A stretch of 63,998 bases of DNA, the filler included, from Folioceros fuciformis (taxonomy: Eukaryota): assembly GCA_049999805.1 (NCBI GenBank). It is 5 parts of 5 records of this genome, joined end to end, with 100 filler letters (N's around TTAATTAATTAA, not from the genome) between each part and the next. Parts side by side here need not be neighbours in the genome. Positions count along the whole stretch, not along the records: positions 27,237 to 36,842 come from JBNGIO010004597.1; positions 36,943 to 47,238 come from JBNGIO010004598.1; 3 more parts are not named here. The stretch is one strand, 5' to 3'. Positions 27,237 through 40,504 of the stretch are shown one piece after another. Positions within the stretch are counted from its first letter, which is position 1. Every line of letters begins with the position of its first letter. The notes under the pieces were generated by a model. It made no database searches, was not told where the DNA came from, and saw nothing but the letters and a program-made list of their open reading frames with translations. The translations under genes and the position numbers were made by a program.

Positions 27237-28817
27237 ACTTGCCACGTCCTCTTGCAGCAGTTAATGCAACCGTACTTCTCAAAGTCTTTTCTGAGACTGC
27301 CTCGACAAATGTGATAACTGCCATAGCCTGTGTGACAGACAGACAAGCACATGTGGTGAGTCTCGTGACATAGACTTAGCTCTGAGTTGACAGAGGCTTG
27401 CTGTTAAGTGAGACTCATCAGGGAGCCTATGGAGATCAACAGCAGCTAGAAGTGGAGAGCAAGGACTGAAACACTTCTACCTGATCCTTTGTACGACATT
27501 TGCTGACCAGAAGACCTAACGGTTGAATGTACCTTAACGACTCTTTAAGGTCCTTCAGATCCTTCTCTGCCTCTGTAAGACCTTCCTCACCCTGAAATTT
27601 CAAGCCTCAAGTATTAGAAGGAGGCACACACTACAACCGAAAATTATTACCATCAACTTCATGAAAAGAAATACCTCTACAGTGGGAAGAGGTTCAATAC
27701 ACCGCATATGTGAAAAGATAGGCAAAATGTTGAGCTCGTCGTCCATAACAATGCAATTCCGGCAAGAGGACAGCGACAGAATGCAACGTTCATGGAACCG
27801 ACCAATCACATCTCCATGTGCGTCAGTGCGGAACCTTTCATGTATATCCTGGAAATGAGTGCAAAGGTCAGCAACTGAGATGAGTGACTGTTTCCAACAA
27901 TACAGAGCTGTGGCTAAGGAGTGATACTGACCATGACCATCGTGTACAGGCTGACCAGGGAAGACAGAGAGCTGAGCAGGAGTATGATGATCCCACCACC
28001 CTCTACTGTCTCGATGGTGCGGGCAAGAAGGTTTGGTGTCAAAGCCTCAAAGTCCTGAGCTTCAAAGAGCACTAGCACTCAGCAACTGCATTTCCCAAAA
28101 AGGGACATGCTGCAACAGAGAGAAACAACAATCCAAAACGGGGCGACAATCAGACTCCACACTCTGACCTGCAGAACACACATCCCGAACGTTTGGCCAA
28201 GTATTTTGTGGGTCTCAGAATAATAGCAATAGCGGATGTCTGAACTCGCCATGAAAAGGGCAAAGGAGTCTTCGTTCTCTGCATCAACCAATTGCCTTGT
28301 CTTCATCATCTTTTTCACCTGCTTCATTCTTTTCTTCAAGTGACTGAAACTCGCCAGCAAGGGGCTTCAGAAAAAGTCCTGCTTCTGAATAGAAACGCAG
28401 GCACATGAATGGAACAACTCCAAAATGTGAGAGATAGACAGACTCACAAACCTGCTCAGAAAAAGGTCCTTCTTATAGCACCATAATACCGACGGTCTGG
28501 CCTTCACTACAGCCTTCGTTAGCATGTAGTGCAAATGCACGACCTGCAAGGACATCAGGAATCAGAAACTAACACATCCACCACACATCATATCACCTTC
28601 TTGGATCACCTTTCCCAGGACTCTACACCTAAATTTCACAAAATGAGGGTACTGCTGAACGCCAGAAACCCAATTACGCAAGAACAGCACAAACAGAAAA
28701 TGCCCGATAGACCTGATATCGGCCCTTGTCCCCGACCACAACAAAAAGGGTGCGCTGCCGAGTTCTAACTCCATTCTCGACCATCGTCCGTATCCGCTGA
28801 TCCACCTTCTTCCTCAT
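27237..28817 (-). CDS. NAT10: RNA cytidine acetyltransferase (NAT10/Kre33), 5' part, truncated at contig end
   Basis: MRKKVDQRIRTMVENGV.., PSVLWCYKK, ILGQTFGMCVLQDFEALTPNLLARTIETVEGGG, VMDDELNILP, Walker A TAARGRGKS at the break. Confidence 0.92.
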
Positions 28818-29173
28818 CTGGCCTACCGTGAAAGGTCAGCCGTCGTGCCCTGTGAGCACTCGGCCGCCGTAATCCTAGAGCTCGCAGGATCCGAGCCCAC
28901 CCTTCCTCAGTCCCCGGTGGATACCGGCATCTCCTTCACCGTCCACCGGGAGATCGGCTTGAGCAGTGAACGGAGTCAGTTAAACAAATCCAACCAGCCG
29001 GTGAGAAACGAGCCTCCTGAAGAAGCTTCATGAGCGTGTGCAAACTAGGTGGAGACATAATCTGGAGACCTAAGTAAAATTCGTAGACCGTCTGCAGAGC
29101 TGAGCATCAATGGTACAACTTGTTGGACAATTACCAATAAGCCAGCGAGGGATAGATATCTTGACGATAAATC

Positions 29174-29221
29174 CTAGTGTAACTCAAATACACTCTCTCC
29201 GGTAGACCAAACCGGAGAGAG
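29174..29221 (-). mobile_element. Possible Helitron 3' terminus (hairpin + CTAG)
   Basis: Perfect 11-bp stem ctctctccggt/accggagagag (29193-29221), ~15 nt from CTAG (29174-29177), at the edge of an AT-rich block; the base after CTAG is G rather than the expected T. Confidence 0.35.
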
Positions 29222-29929
29222 GGGTATGTCAGAATTCTTTCTACTATGGAGCTATGGATTTGGGTCTTCTGTTAAAAACATTTTTTAAGTTAAAATATGT
29301 GCTAAAATATTTTTAGATTTTCAATAGAAAATTAGAGTATTTCTTTGAATTGGGCATTTTTATCTAAGTGCCTAATACGCACCTATATGATCTTATTTTT
29401 TTATGAAGAGATGAGTAGATTGATATATGGTTAATTTATATTTAAAGATTTATTAATTATATTTATAAATAGTTAAACTAATAACTCTTCAAGAAACTGA
29501 ATAATATGTTAAGTTCCAGATTACTTGCTATCTATCAAGACAATTTCATTCCTGAAGCTAGGGTAGGGTTTCATGGTTCCATGAAACCTAAAAATACTTT
29601 AATTTATGGTAAAATCTATAACTCTCTATGGTATAGAGAACACACATAGCCATTGTGGTTCAAAGTATGTACGTTTAGTTATTGAAATTAAAAGTCTTTT
29701 GGTAGTTAAAAAAAAAGTCTAAAACAACCACCGCCTCTTCACAAAGAAATATGGCTTCTACCTCAAAACTTCACTCTTATCCTTAGATTGTTTGCACTCT
29801 TCTCTTTCAAATTAAGGGAATTCATGTTGAGTGTGTTTTAGGGTTTGGGACTATATGGAGGCACTGGTTTGCCCGAACTTGTGCCTCCAAGCCTAGTTTG
29901 GCTTGCTTTAGGGTTTAAGCTTTATTTTC

Positions 29930-30810
29930 CACTTTAGCACAAGTCTCTCCCCTCACTCCTTTAGCACAAGCCTCTCCCCTCCATCCCTTAGCACAAGCCT
30001 CTCCCCGTAGCAATGTAGGCAAGCATGCCTCAGGCTAGCATAGACATCGAAAGGCATAGCTCAAGCCTGCACAAGCAGGCATGGCTTAGGCCAGTCCAAG
30101 CATGGCTCAAGTCGCTCCATGCATGGAGGCCCCTATGCCCTTGTTAATGTTGAGCTGTGGTGGTCCCCAAGTTGTTTGGGGGAAGCACCACCACACCTCT
30201 CTCTAGTTGCGCACCACCACACCTCTCTCTANNNNNNNNNNACCTCTCTCTAGTTGCGCACCACCACACCTCTCTCTAGTTGCGCACCTAAGGCGCTCGA
30301 GTTGCAGCTCTCCTCCTTTCCTCCTATAGCGTTCAAAAGAGGCCTTAGGTTACGGCAAGGCATAATGGCCCCTTTGCCCTTATCAACTTCAACCTACCCT
30401 AGCAACCCCGAACATGGCCATCCTATGGCATTAGTCATGGCTGCACCACTTCTAATTAGTGTAAAGGTGCTTTGTGTTTGCTCACCATGGCTCTCAAAAC
30501 CATTTAGTTTCCATTACAAGGGTCTGTTCACACTACTGTGCATAGTGCATCTCCCTCTCTACTGAAACATGCTCTCAATCTCCCCCTTAGCAACTAAACA
30601 AGCTCTCAACCATAGAGCGCCCTCTACTGTGCATAGTGCATCTCCCTCTCTACTGTGCATAGTGCATCTCCCTCTCTACTGTGCATAGTGCATCTCCCTC
30701 TCTACTGAAACATGCTCTCAATCTCCCCCTCAGCAACTAAACAAGCTCTCNNNNNNNNNNCTCTCAATCTCCCCCTCAGCAACTAAACAAGCTCTCAACC
30801 ATAGAGCTCG
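29930..30810. repeat. Cluster of short minisatellites (~25-40 bp units)
   Basis: Repeated ttagcacaagcctctcccct, ctctctagttgcgcaccaccacac, ctactgtgcatagtgcatctccctct, ctctcaatctcccc.cagcaactaaacaag; small N gaps inside the arrays. Confidence 0.8.
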
Positions 30811-31419
30811 ACCATCACACCTTGCTCGCTACACTCCATGTGTTTTCTACACTTGAACTTTACTATTGTCGACATGTCATATCACTCATGCACACCCAAA
30901 TAAGGTTTGTAGGATGTTCATACCTCACCACATTCACACAGTGCAATCGTCCTTCACCAAACCCAATGCTGATCTTCCAACTACAGGTCCCTCCATTTGT
31001 AATAAAGACAAATAGCTATTATAGCTCATACATGTATGGGAGGTAATTTAATAGTGGCTGAAATAAAACGAGTCTGTCCTCAGACCCTTCTGTCCTTTTT
31101 TCATACACATGTTTTTCTCTTTCTACCCTCCAATTTCTTGCAATTTTGCTGCATACAAGTTTGGCAAGGTCCATATTTAGTCTATTGCGCATATGTAAAG
31201 TCCCTTTTTGTGATGGAATGGGTGAGCAGAAGAAGTCATTGATGACATAATGTATACACAAATACACTTTTTGAATTGAAATACGCTATTTTTGGCACGC
31301 ATAAGTGTGCACCCCTACTGCTATCTCTTATCCAGCCTATCATGCAACAGTTCCTGGCCTTGAACCCACAAAGATTCCTACCTCTCAGTCATGGGGGCAA
31401 TGAAGTTAGAATTACAGAC

Positions 31420-34400
31420 CGCGTTGGTTATGGTTAACTTAGCTAAACCCAGCGGGGTCATACCCTTTGGTATCTAGTATCGAAGAGGTACAACTCTTCA
31501 GGCTATAAAAGCCTACCTCTTGTAATCAATTTTATCAATTAGTAAAGCACTATCTTTGATCAAACGCTTCCGCAAAGCACTACAAACTTTAAACTTGGTA
31601 TCAGAGCACAAGTTTGATTACTAAGTTCATCATGCATTATAATGTGAATCTAAATGTTCTTCTAATATGTCTTTCTTATGCCTTTGGTATTTGTAATATG
31701 AAGTTATTTTCTACTTATTCATAGTTTGTCTTATATTCAACCATACATGTTTTTTTAATAAAATAGTTTGGCTTCTTCTATGATTAACTTTTATATTCAT
31801 TAAAGTTTCATGTCTAATTACCACTCTCATTCTTCAATCTTATTCTTCCAATGCTTCTAGCACTCTTATCATTCTCTCTTGCTCAAAACTTTGTTTCTTT
31901 ATCATTTCATTCAAAGTTATAACATGGCAAGAAGACACAATTACAAGAGTAATCAAGCTAAGAGAAGCGGAGAACCAGATAGGAGAAGGAAAAGTAGACG
32001 AAGTGTGCACCTTCGACGATCCTACTATCATAACAGGCTGAATTCTTCTTTGTTTAGTGTGCACCTTCGACGATCCTACTATCATAATAGGCTGAATTCT
32101 TCTTTGTTTAATACCCTAGGGAGTAAGATAGTCTACGTGCTATCCCGTTTCTTCCTAGAAAACGACTTTGTGTCATCTTTCACAAGAGGAGTTTCAAGCA
32201 ATCTAAGAATTCATCGTCACAACGTTCTAACTAGTCGGATCATCATCATACTATATCCTCTGCTAAGAAATGTGATTATGCTGAAGGACGAACCAAATCA
32301 TCTTCATCACCAGTTCCTCAACAAAATTCTCAATAGATTCAGCAAGTCAATCTTTCTCATTCCTCACATATGCTACAACACGAAAAGCTTGCTATCAGAA
32401 GAAAGCTGATCATGTCTCAACACAAGAGATTCCACCAGGTAGGGCGCCCTCCCATGGCGCTCCTTTTGATCCCCTAAAGTCCACATTTGAGTAGGCACAG
32501 GCTCCGATTTCAGTACACAATGTCGAAGCATCAAGAAATTTTGAGGAGGTGCCGTATGGCGCTGGAGCGTGCGCCGGCTGTGAGACTTGGCCAGCGTGGA
32601 CGCCCGTGCTGGGTGCCTCTACCCTCAGAAGCACGCCTCCTTCAGCCTTCAATCAGCCCGAGATTTCGAAGGATTTGACGCTGGAGGTTTCTGGTCGTTC
32701 AGTGCTGGTTCTGGACGGCGCCGGCTCAGATCTCTTACTAGCAAGGTCGCCTGGGATGGGTGCCCCTTCTGCATCTTGCGAACTTTAGATTGGAGAAGTT
32801 TCGGCCCAGATCGGCGGGGGTGAAATTCCAGGGGGGATCCGACGGTTATGCACGCGTTCACCTTGCTGAGCAGCGAAACGGTGCCCCAGCTGCCAACTTA
32901 AATCGAGTTTCTTATCGAGGGGGGGGGGGGCGTTTCTGACCCACCCAATGAAACTCATTTGGAGTTTCTTTCACAGGAGTATGAAACGGATCCCCCGTTT
33001 CTTACTGTTTTTGTCCTTTGATATCTCATTTTCTTGGCTTCGAACACTTGGGGTATCTGGTGGGGCCCACCTAGTGTGTTCCTCTGGATCTCCTACGTAC
33101 CTTTACAGCCCTCGCCTGCAACTATTCGGTGCTCCTCGCCTCCTTATACGCAGTCTCTAGCGGTGGAGTGTCCAGTTTTTCCAACTTCAGTCATCAAGCA
33201 AGAGCCCTTGTCGCCGCACTTTCAACCTGATGATCTTGCCACTCAGTGTTACCTTTATCAGCAAGCTGGTGCTACTCCTCAAGAGCTATTTCAACTGGAG
33301 TGTCATCATCTCTGGGATTATCTTAATCAGCTCTCTGAGTCGGTGCACTCAGTTGCCCAAGCAGTTCAACATCTTTCTACTGTTTATGGCCCTAGTAATC
33401 GTGGCATCATTCATTGGGCTACTTGACTTTCTGGACTTGTATTCGTATACCATTTGAGTTGATCCTATTCAAAATTTGATATATCAATATATATATATTT
33501 GAAGACTACTTGGCTTCTCGTCATAACTTGAAGTTGGCAGTCCTTTTCGTATTTATTTTCTGCTTCTATCTAATCACTATTGTTTGCTTGTATCACGATG
33601 GCTTCCTCATCAAACACGCCCTCTACTCCTATCATCAATTATATGAATGTGACTTCTGAATTCAAAGAGAAAGACCGTTTTGAGAGCACTAAGTTTGAGA
33701 TATGGTCCAAATGTATGCGTTCTGTCTTGAATACAAGAGATCTACTTGGCATAGTTGATGGATCTATCCTCAGGGTGGCACTGTTCGAGAGGCTCATCAG
33801 GCGGTAAATGCTGGCCGCACACCCAACATTTCCATCTCCAAAATTACCGGCGCTCTCCTTCAAGAGGAGGCTTCCAGATACAATGCCGGCACTTCGAAGC
33901 ATGGTGGTGAATGAGTTATGTTCGTTAGCAAGGTCGTCAACGCCACCAGCCTCACCAGCGACGTCGTCCTACTCCACCTAATAGACAACCCTTCACTGCG
34001 CCTTCTCCGGCTCCTAGTCGTGGACCTTCGGCATCCAAACCTGCTAGTTCTGGCCGCAAGCCCGGTACGTGCAATTGGTATCAAATACCAGGCCATTGGG
34101 AGCCTAACTGCCGCAAGAAGAAAGCTTGTGAGCCTCGATGTGCATCCAAGACTGCCAATACGGCCTCAACCTCCACGCAGAAACAGGCCGGCATTGCCCT
34201 CATAGTCTGCTTGGTAGCTTTTGAATATAAGACCTCTTGGCAATTGGATTCTGCTGCCTCCGCGCATACATGCTGCCATCGTCATATGTTTTCTGATTAT
34301 CTCCCTGCCAAAGATCAACGTTTTGTTCTTCTCGGCAACGACTCTGGCCTTACTATTGCGGGCACTGGCACTGTTACTTTTACTCTTGAAGATGGTTCTG

Positions 34401-36842
34401 TGCTTCTTCTAAGTGATGTGCTGCATGTTCCGCAAATGGCGAAGAATCTTATTTCCGTTCGACACTTGGTGAAGGACGGTACATTCCGGCTAGAGTTTGG
34501 AAGAGGTGATTGCCTCCTCACAAGATCTGTTGCTCCTGGTCGCGTGGTTGCCAGAGGTCGTCCGCAGCATGATCTCTATGTCTTCTCTGCCGTACCAGTG
34601 CTCACGGCTTCCTCGACCCCAGCTTCCGCAATGGCAACTGTGGTCGATAGAGGGAGTTCCCGCAAAGGTGACTCCCTATTATGGCATTCTCGGCTTGGAT
34701 ATATCAATCATGCTAAGCTTCTCGAGATGTCTAGGCAGGATTTATTTCAGGATAAGCTATCTCACTTTTCATAGACTCCACTATTATGTGAACCTTGTAT
34801 ATATGCTAAACAACGTAGTTTCTCCTATCCTACTTTCCTTGCCCGTCGGGCTACTCAGCCCTTGGAGTTGGTCTATGTTGATCTTTGTGGTCCACTTCCC
34901 GTCCTTTCACTTGGTGGTGCACCGCATTTTATGACTATTGTTGACGACTATAGTCGCTATACCTTTGCTATTCTGCTCAAGTTGAAGAGTGACTCCTTCG
35001 GCTCCTTTGCTCCTTTTGTCACTATGGCCGAGCCGCAAATCGGTTGCAAGCTTCGGTGTATTAGATCTAACAATGCAGGGGAACTAAATAACCGGCAATT
35101 TAAGGATTTCTGTCTTGAGAGGGGGATTCTTTGTCAATTTACGGTTCCCTACACTTCTCAACAAAATGGGGTTGCTAAAAAGGCCAACGGCGATCTGCTC
35201 GCCATGGCCTGCGCTATGCTAGCCTGCGCTCAGCTCCCCAAACCATTCTGGGCCGAAGCGAATAATACTGCAACGTATCTCCGCAACAGGGTACTTTCCA
35301 AGTCCGTTCCTGACCAGACACCCTTTGAGTCTTGGCATGGATATAAGCCTCTTATTACTCATCTTCGGATTTCCGGTTGCCCCGCCTATGCTAATATTCC
35401 TTCTCAGCTTCGCGACAAGCTTTCTGCTCGTGCTCGCAAGCTGGTATTTGTTGGCTATAGCGAGGACCGTAAGGCTTATAAACTGGTTGACTTGGATATT
35501 TATGCTATTGTATATGCTCGCACTGTCACTTTTGATGAGGCTCGGTTAGCATCTGCTCGTTCTGAGTCCATGGATTCTACTTCGGCTCCTTCAGACAACA
35601 CTACTTCTCCTAACCCAGGTGACCTTATGCCTGAGTTTTTAACTCAACCCTCTGTTTTTCCGGACTTTGGTCTTGCACCCACTACTCCATCCTTGGCCTC
35701 TTCACCTCAAGCACCACCTATCCCTATTGTTCCTGCTCGAGAGGGGGAAGATGAACAGGCCATTGTTGATCCTTATGAAAACAGAGAAGACTTTGGTGCT
35801 CTTAATCCACAAGACCCAGAGACTCTTCCTGCTCCACCTTCTCGTGTAACACTTGATCCAGCCCCTGAGCGAAGATATCCTTTGCGTCATCATCAACCAA
35901 GACACCTCTGGAATGAGATCCCCTTTGATTTAGAGTTCAATGAAGCTGGCTACACCACCACTGCTGCAGGTCACTTTAACGCCTTTAGTAATGCCCCTTC
36001 AAAGGGAGATCCTCTCACTCTGCAAGAGGCATATTCACGACCTGATGCAGCTAAGTGGAAGTTCGCTATTGATGATGAATATAATTCTCTTATAAAAAAT
36101 AATACTTGAACTCTAGTAAACTTGCCGAAAGGCAGAACTATTGTCAAATGCAAGTGGGTTCTCAAAACTAAATTCTAGGAAGTTGAACCTCGTATTCGCT
36201 ATAAGGCGAGACTAGTGGCTAAGGGTTATAGTCTGAAAGAGGGAGTGGACTATCAGGGCGATAAGGTTTATTCACCTGTACAATCAAGGCTGCTTCCGTG
36301 AGAATGCTCCTGGCTTTATGTGCCGAGCTTAATCTGGAAATTTATCAGCTTGATCTTTGTAATGCTGTCCTTTATGGTCATCTGCAAGAAGAGATCTATA
36401 TGGATCAACCAGAAGACTATGAAGATAAGCAATATCCAAATAAGGTGTGTAAACTTATTCGTTCTATTTACGGACTAAAGCAAAGCCCATGTTTATGGTA
36501 TGAGAGAATGGACTCTTACCTCAAGAAGATACGTTTTATCCAAAGTGAAGCAAACACCAATATCTATGTACTCCGCAAGGACAGCTCACTTGTACTGGTT
36601 GCTCTATATGTTGATGACTTAGTTATTCCTGGCAACAATATTGAACTAGTTAACAAGATTAAAGCTGACCTTAGTAAAGAATTCGAGATGAAGGATCTCG
36701 GCAAAGTTAAATATATTCTTGGTATGCATGTATATAGAGATACCACTGGTGCTATCTATCTCCATCAAGGAAGATATATAGCTGGATGCTAAAACGCTTC
36801 AATTTGGAGAATGCACGTGCGGCAGCCACACCTGGCGCCGTA
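31420..36842 (+). mobile_element. Degenerate Ty1/Copia LTR retrotransposon (putative 5' LTR, PBS, gag-PR-INT-RT), truncated at contig end
   Basis: tRNA-iMet PBS TGGTATCAGAGC 31596-31607; gag N-terminus at 33598 (FEIWSKCMRSVL..DLLGIVDG); degenerate zinc knuckle CNWYQIPGHWEPNC; protease WQLDSAASAH; LWHSRLG; integrase ELVYVDLCGP...QQNGVA; RT RYKARLVAKG, YVDDL; stops and frameshifts. Confidence 0.92.
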
Positions 36843-36942
36843 NNNNNNNNNNNNNNNNNNNNNNNNNNNNNNNNNNNNNNNNNNNNTTAATTAATTAANN
36901 NNNNNNNNNNNNNNNNNNNNNNNNNNNNNNNNNNNNNNNNNN
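36843..36942. other. Artificial contig-joining spacer
   Basis: 44 N + TTAATTAATTAA + 44 N. Confidence 0.97.
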
Positions 36943-37460
36943 GCCGCTGCGGGGTCGGAGGTGTGTAATGTTTTAGTCCTCTTCTGTGCCGTTTTGCGTT
37001 TTGTAGGTGGCAGGCTTTGCCGCGGGTGCTTGAGTACTGGGGAGCTGCTGTCGTTTCACTGTCGTGTAGGTTTTTTGTGCTTTCCTTTACGCGTATACGT
37101 TTCATTTTGAAATTGTGTTCACTGAGGCGGGTTTCCATCAAGTCCAGACTTTCTCTGCTTCCATCCTGGGAGATGGTTGATGTTCTTGGACGTTCTCCCT
37201 GGTTTTGGTGGTCTGGTGGCTGAAGGCTTTGTGCTTCGGTAGCACTAGGTTGTTTCAGCACTAGTTCGCGTCCTGGCAGGAGTCCTTTCAGGGTGTCGCG
37301 TTGGTATGTCATTTTCATTTCACTTCGTGTTGCGAGCTCACCTCATGTTGCTGTCCTTCAGGAGGGGGTGCTTGTTGTGTCCGGGGTTGTTGGGTTGGGT
37401 GGGGAGCCGGTGGTAAAATGCTACTGAGATCCGTTTGGACTTAGTGAGCATCCGGCGAGC

Positions 37461-38889
37461 ATGCCTACTGTGGGCGTAAAGCTTTCCAGCTGGCGCTACA
37501 AATTTAACCTCAAGCATTCTGTTGCTGAGAGGGATGGGAAGTATGTGAACCTGAATTTGGAACGCAGAGTTTCTCCCAATGCCTCTTTTGTGGATGGAGT
37601 TGCCACAAAAGACTGTGTTATTGATCCTGTGACGGCTCTCTCCATCCGCATATTTCTTCCTCAGAACAACCTTCAAATTGAAACAGCAGGGAATAGGGCA
37701 TTCAGTTGGCTCCCAGAAAGGGCCGTGCAGGAAGACGTTTTCTCTTACGGTCACTTAAATGGACGGAGATCTCTGGATGGTACTCCGAATGGGCGAGGTG
37801 TGGGCGGTCCTCAGAATGCATATGGAAGAGGGGTAAGTGGCATCACCAACGGGAGAGCGCGGGCAGATATGGACAAGTCGAGTGCCTTAGGAGCTTACTT
37901 TCCGAGAAGTGACGTCCAGTATGCAAAGATTCCAGTGATAGTTCAGTTCCATGACGGTGCTTTTATCAATGGCGGAAAGGACAATCCAGGAAATGACACC
38001 TTTTGTAGAAGAGTAGCTAAAGCATGTAAGAGCGTTGTCATAGCTGTAGGATATGGATTAGCACCAGAGAGCAGATATCCTGCACCCTCGCAGGACGGAG
38101 TTCTAACCCTCAAGTGGCTGGCTATGCAAGCGAACATTATCAACTGTACTCTGTCTTCAGGCATGTTCAGGTCTACTGCGGACAATTCTCTGCATTCTGC
38201 AAATGGCTTGATTGACTCCTTTGCACATATGATTGCAGACCCATGGATTGCTGCTCACGTGGACTTCTCTAGGTGTGTTACCCGTTCCTTCGGACTCTAG
38301 GCATAACGTAGCGTGCTGTCCCGCAAACTGACCAACTGATATGGTTCTTTCTGGTTGTAGATGTATGATTTTAGGTTCTGGGGCCGGAGGAAACATAGCT
38401 CAGCAGGTGACAAGGTCGGCAGTAAAACTGGGGAGGCAGCTGGAGCCTTTGAGTATTGTTGGTCAGATTCTAATATGCCCCTTTTTCGGTGGTATTCCAC
38501 CTCTTCCCTCGGAGGTTGCTCTCGCTGACACGTACTACATAGACAAAGAGACAATGCAGCTTGTGTGGAAGCTCGTGTTACCAGAAGGAGAGAACAGTCT
38601 CAATCATCCCGGAGTAGACCCCCTGCTGCCCGGTTGGGAATCGTCTTTGAGGAATATGCCTTCCTCCTTGGTGATAAGTGCGGAGCTGGACATGATGAGG
38701 GACAGGGCTGCAGCGTATGTGGAAGCTTTGAGGTCAGTGCATGTCGATGCCACTCTGGTGACGTACCGAAAGCAAGTTCATGGCTTCGCCACTATGGACT
38801 TTCTATTGAACACTAAGCCGGCCCAAGCATGTCTAGAGGATATTTCCATTTGGTTCGACAGGCGTGTGTCCCCCCAGTTTTTGAGTTAA
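37461..38889 (+). CDS. Carboxylesterase CXE11/CXE16-like alpha/beta hydrolase with altered active site; exons 37461-38272, 38361-38889 (~446 aa)
   Basis: MPTVGVKL...KFNLKH start, SFVDGVATKD, ND.FCRRVAK, AVGY.LAPESRYPA, AELDMMRDR, VHGFATMD; HGGG motif reads HDGA and GxSxG reads GSGAG. Confidence 0.88.
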
Positions 38890-40504
38890 TAAGGATCTTG
38901 TATCTAGTGTAAAGTATGTGCATACTTGCGACTGGTGCATTGCCGGTCACGTCTTTGGGACGGAATGTCTACCCCGGAACGCCTGGAAATATTTTCAGGC
39001 ATGTTCAGCGGTTCAATGTGTTTTCACTATAATTAATTCAAGAAAATATGTCTCACCTGTTCTTGCCATCGGACTGCGGCGACGCCTCATCTATGGCTCA
39101 AGCGCCACAGGCACCAAAATCTGGGCCTAAACTTCCATACTTGAAAAAAAAAAAAAAAATAAAACTTTTTTCCTAATCTCGTTACCAACCTCATCTGTAT
39201 CATTTAATTCTTAGATATATTTGATGGGTCGTTAAGTATGGAATACCATTCTCATCAAGGTCATGATCTACTAAGAACCAAAAAAAGGATTTCCTACCAG
39301 ATATAGCAAAGAAATTTTGTCACCATAGTAAAAATTTCAGTTTAGACCCTCTTGGTATTCAACCTCCCATACTTTGTATTGACAATTCCATCTATCATAG
39401 AAGTTTTCACCTACTTACAAGTGATACAACTTCTTTTTCTTCTTTGCCATCTTTAGGTTTAGGGTTCTGATAAACAATGAGCTTGTGAGTTCTCACATGG
39501 GCAAAAGAACCATATCTTTTCAGCTGTCTAAGGGAAGGGCTTCTCCTTGTCATTTCAAACTTCTACAATGAAAGTTTGTTTGCTTAGCTATTTAGAGGAA
39601 GAGCTTGTCTTTACATTGCAATAAATGTAAATAATATTGGTCTTCTAAAGGTTGTAATGTAACACCCACATCAGTATGAGGAGGAAATCCTAAACTATGG
39701 GACACTACAGAATACACAATTAGTTGCAATTAGTTGTTAATGACCAAGGTGTAGCATCATCCTCAATGCATGGCTTTATATTTGAATATATTAGATCAAA
39801 CCCAAAGTATTGTGCATGTGGACTCTCAATACACACTTGGATGCCCCAATGAGTTAGTGGTGCATACTTGTGCACAACAATGGTCTTCTATTGTGCACTT
39901 GGTTGTTCTAACAGGCTGGTGCAAAGCCTCTCAAATGTCAAAAGAGAGAAAAAAGATGGAGAAACACTAAGAACAAAATTACTAGTCCTATAATTAGTTG
40001 ATTGTGAAGGCATTCAAGGTCACTAACGTCCTTCATATCACCCCTATACATACAAAGAACCTTGCTTTTGGAACATAAAAAGGTAACATTTATATGAATG
40101 GCATACAATGGTAGGCTTTAAGTCAATATCATCACAAATTCATGCAAACTATTTTGTGCCACTTTCCAGATGAACTTTTTTGTGCAGTTCAACAAAAAAT
40201 ACCTTAAATTTTATAAATTAAGCCTATTTTAAAACATATTTTGCTTAAATTACTCTAAATTGGAAGTTGTAGATCNNNNNNNNNNNNNNNNNNNNNNNNN
40301 NNNNNNNNNNNNNNNNNNNNNNNNNNNNNNNNNNNNNNNNNNNNNNNNNNNNNNNNNNNNNNNNNNNNNNNNNNNCTACTAATTTTCAATGTTCATATTA
40401 TGTGAAAAGCTTGCAAATGGGAACATCCACGACGAAATGAAATTTCTCTCTCAACACCCATAAAATACGTTAATTGTGCACAACTATAATATGTCAACGT
40501 ATAA

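Noticed and set aside
31879-32409. 176-aa ORF with duplicated SVHLRRSYYHNRLNSSLF
   Set aside because: Results from a 54-bp DNA duplication in TE leader sequence; no true ATG start or domain.
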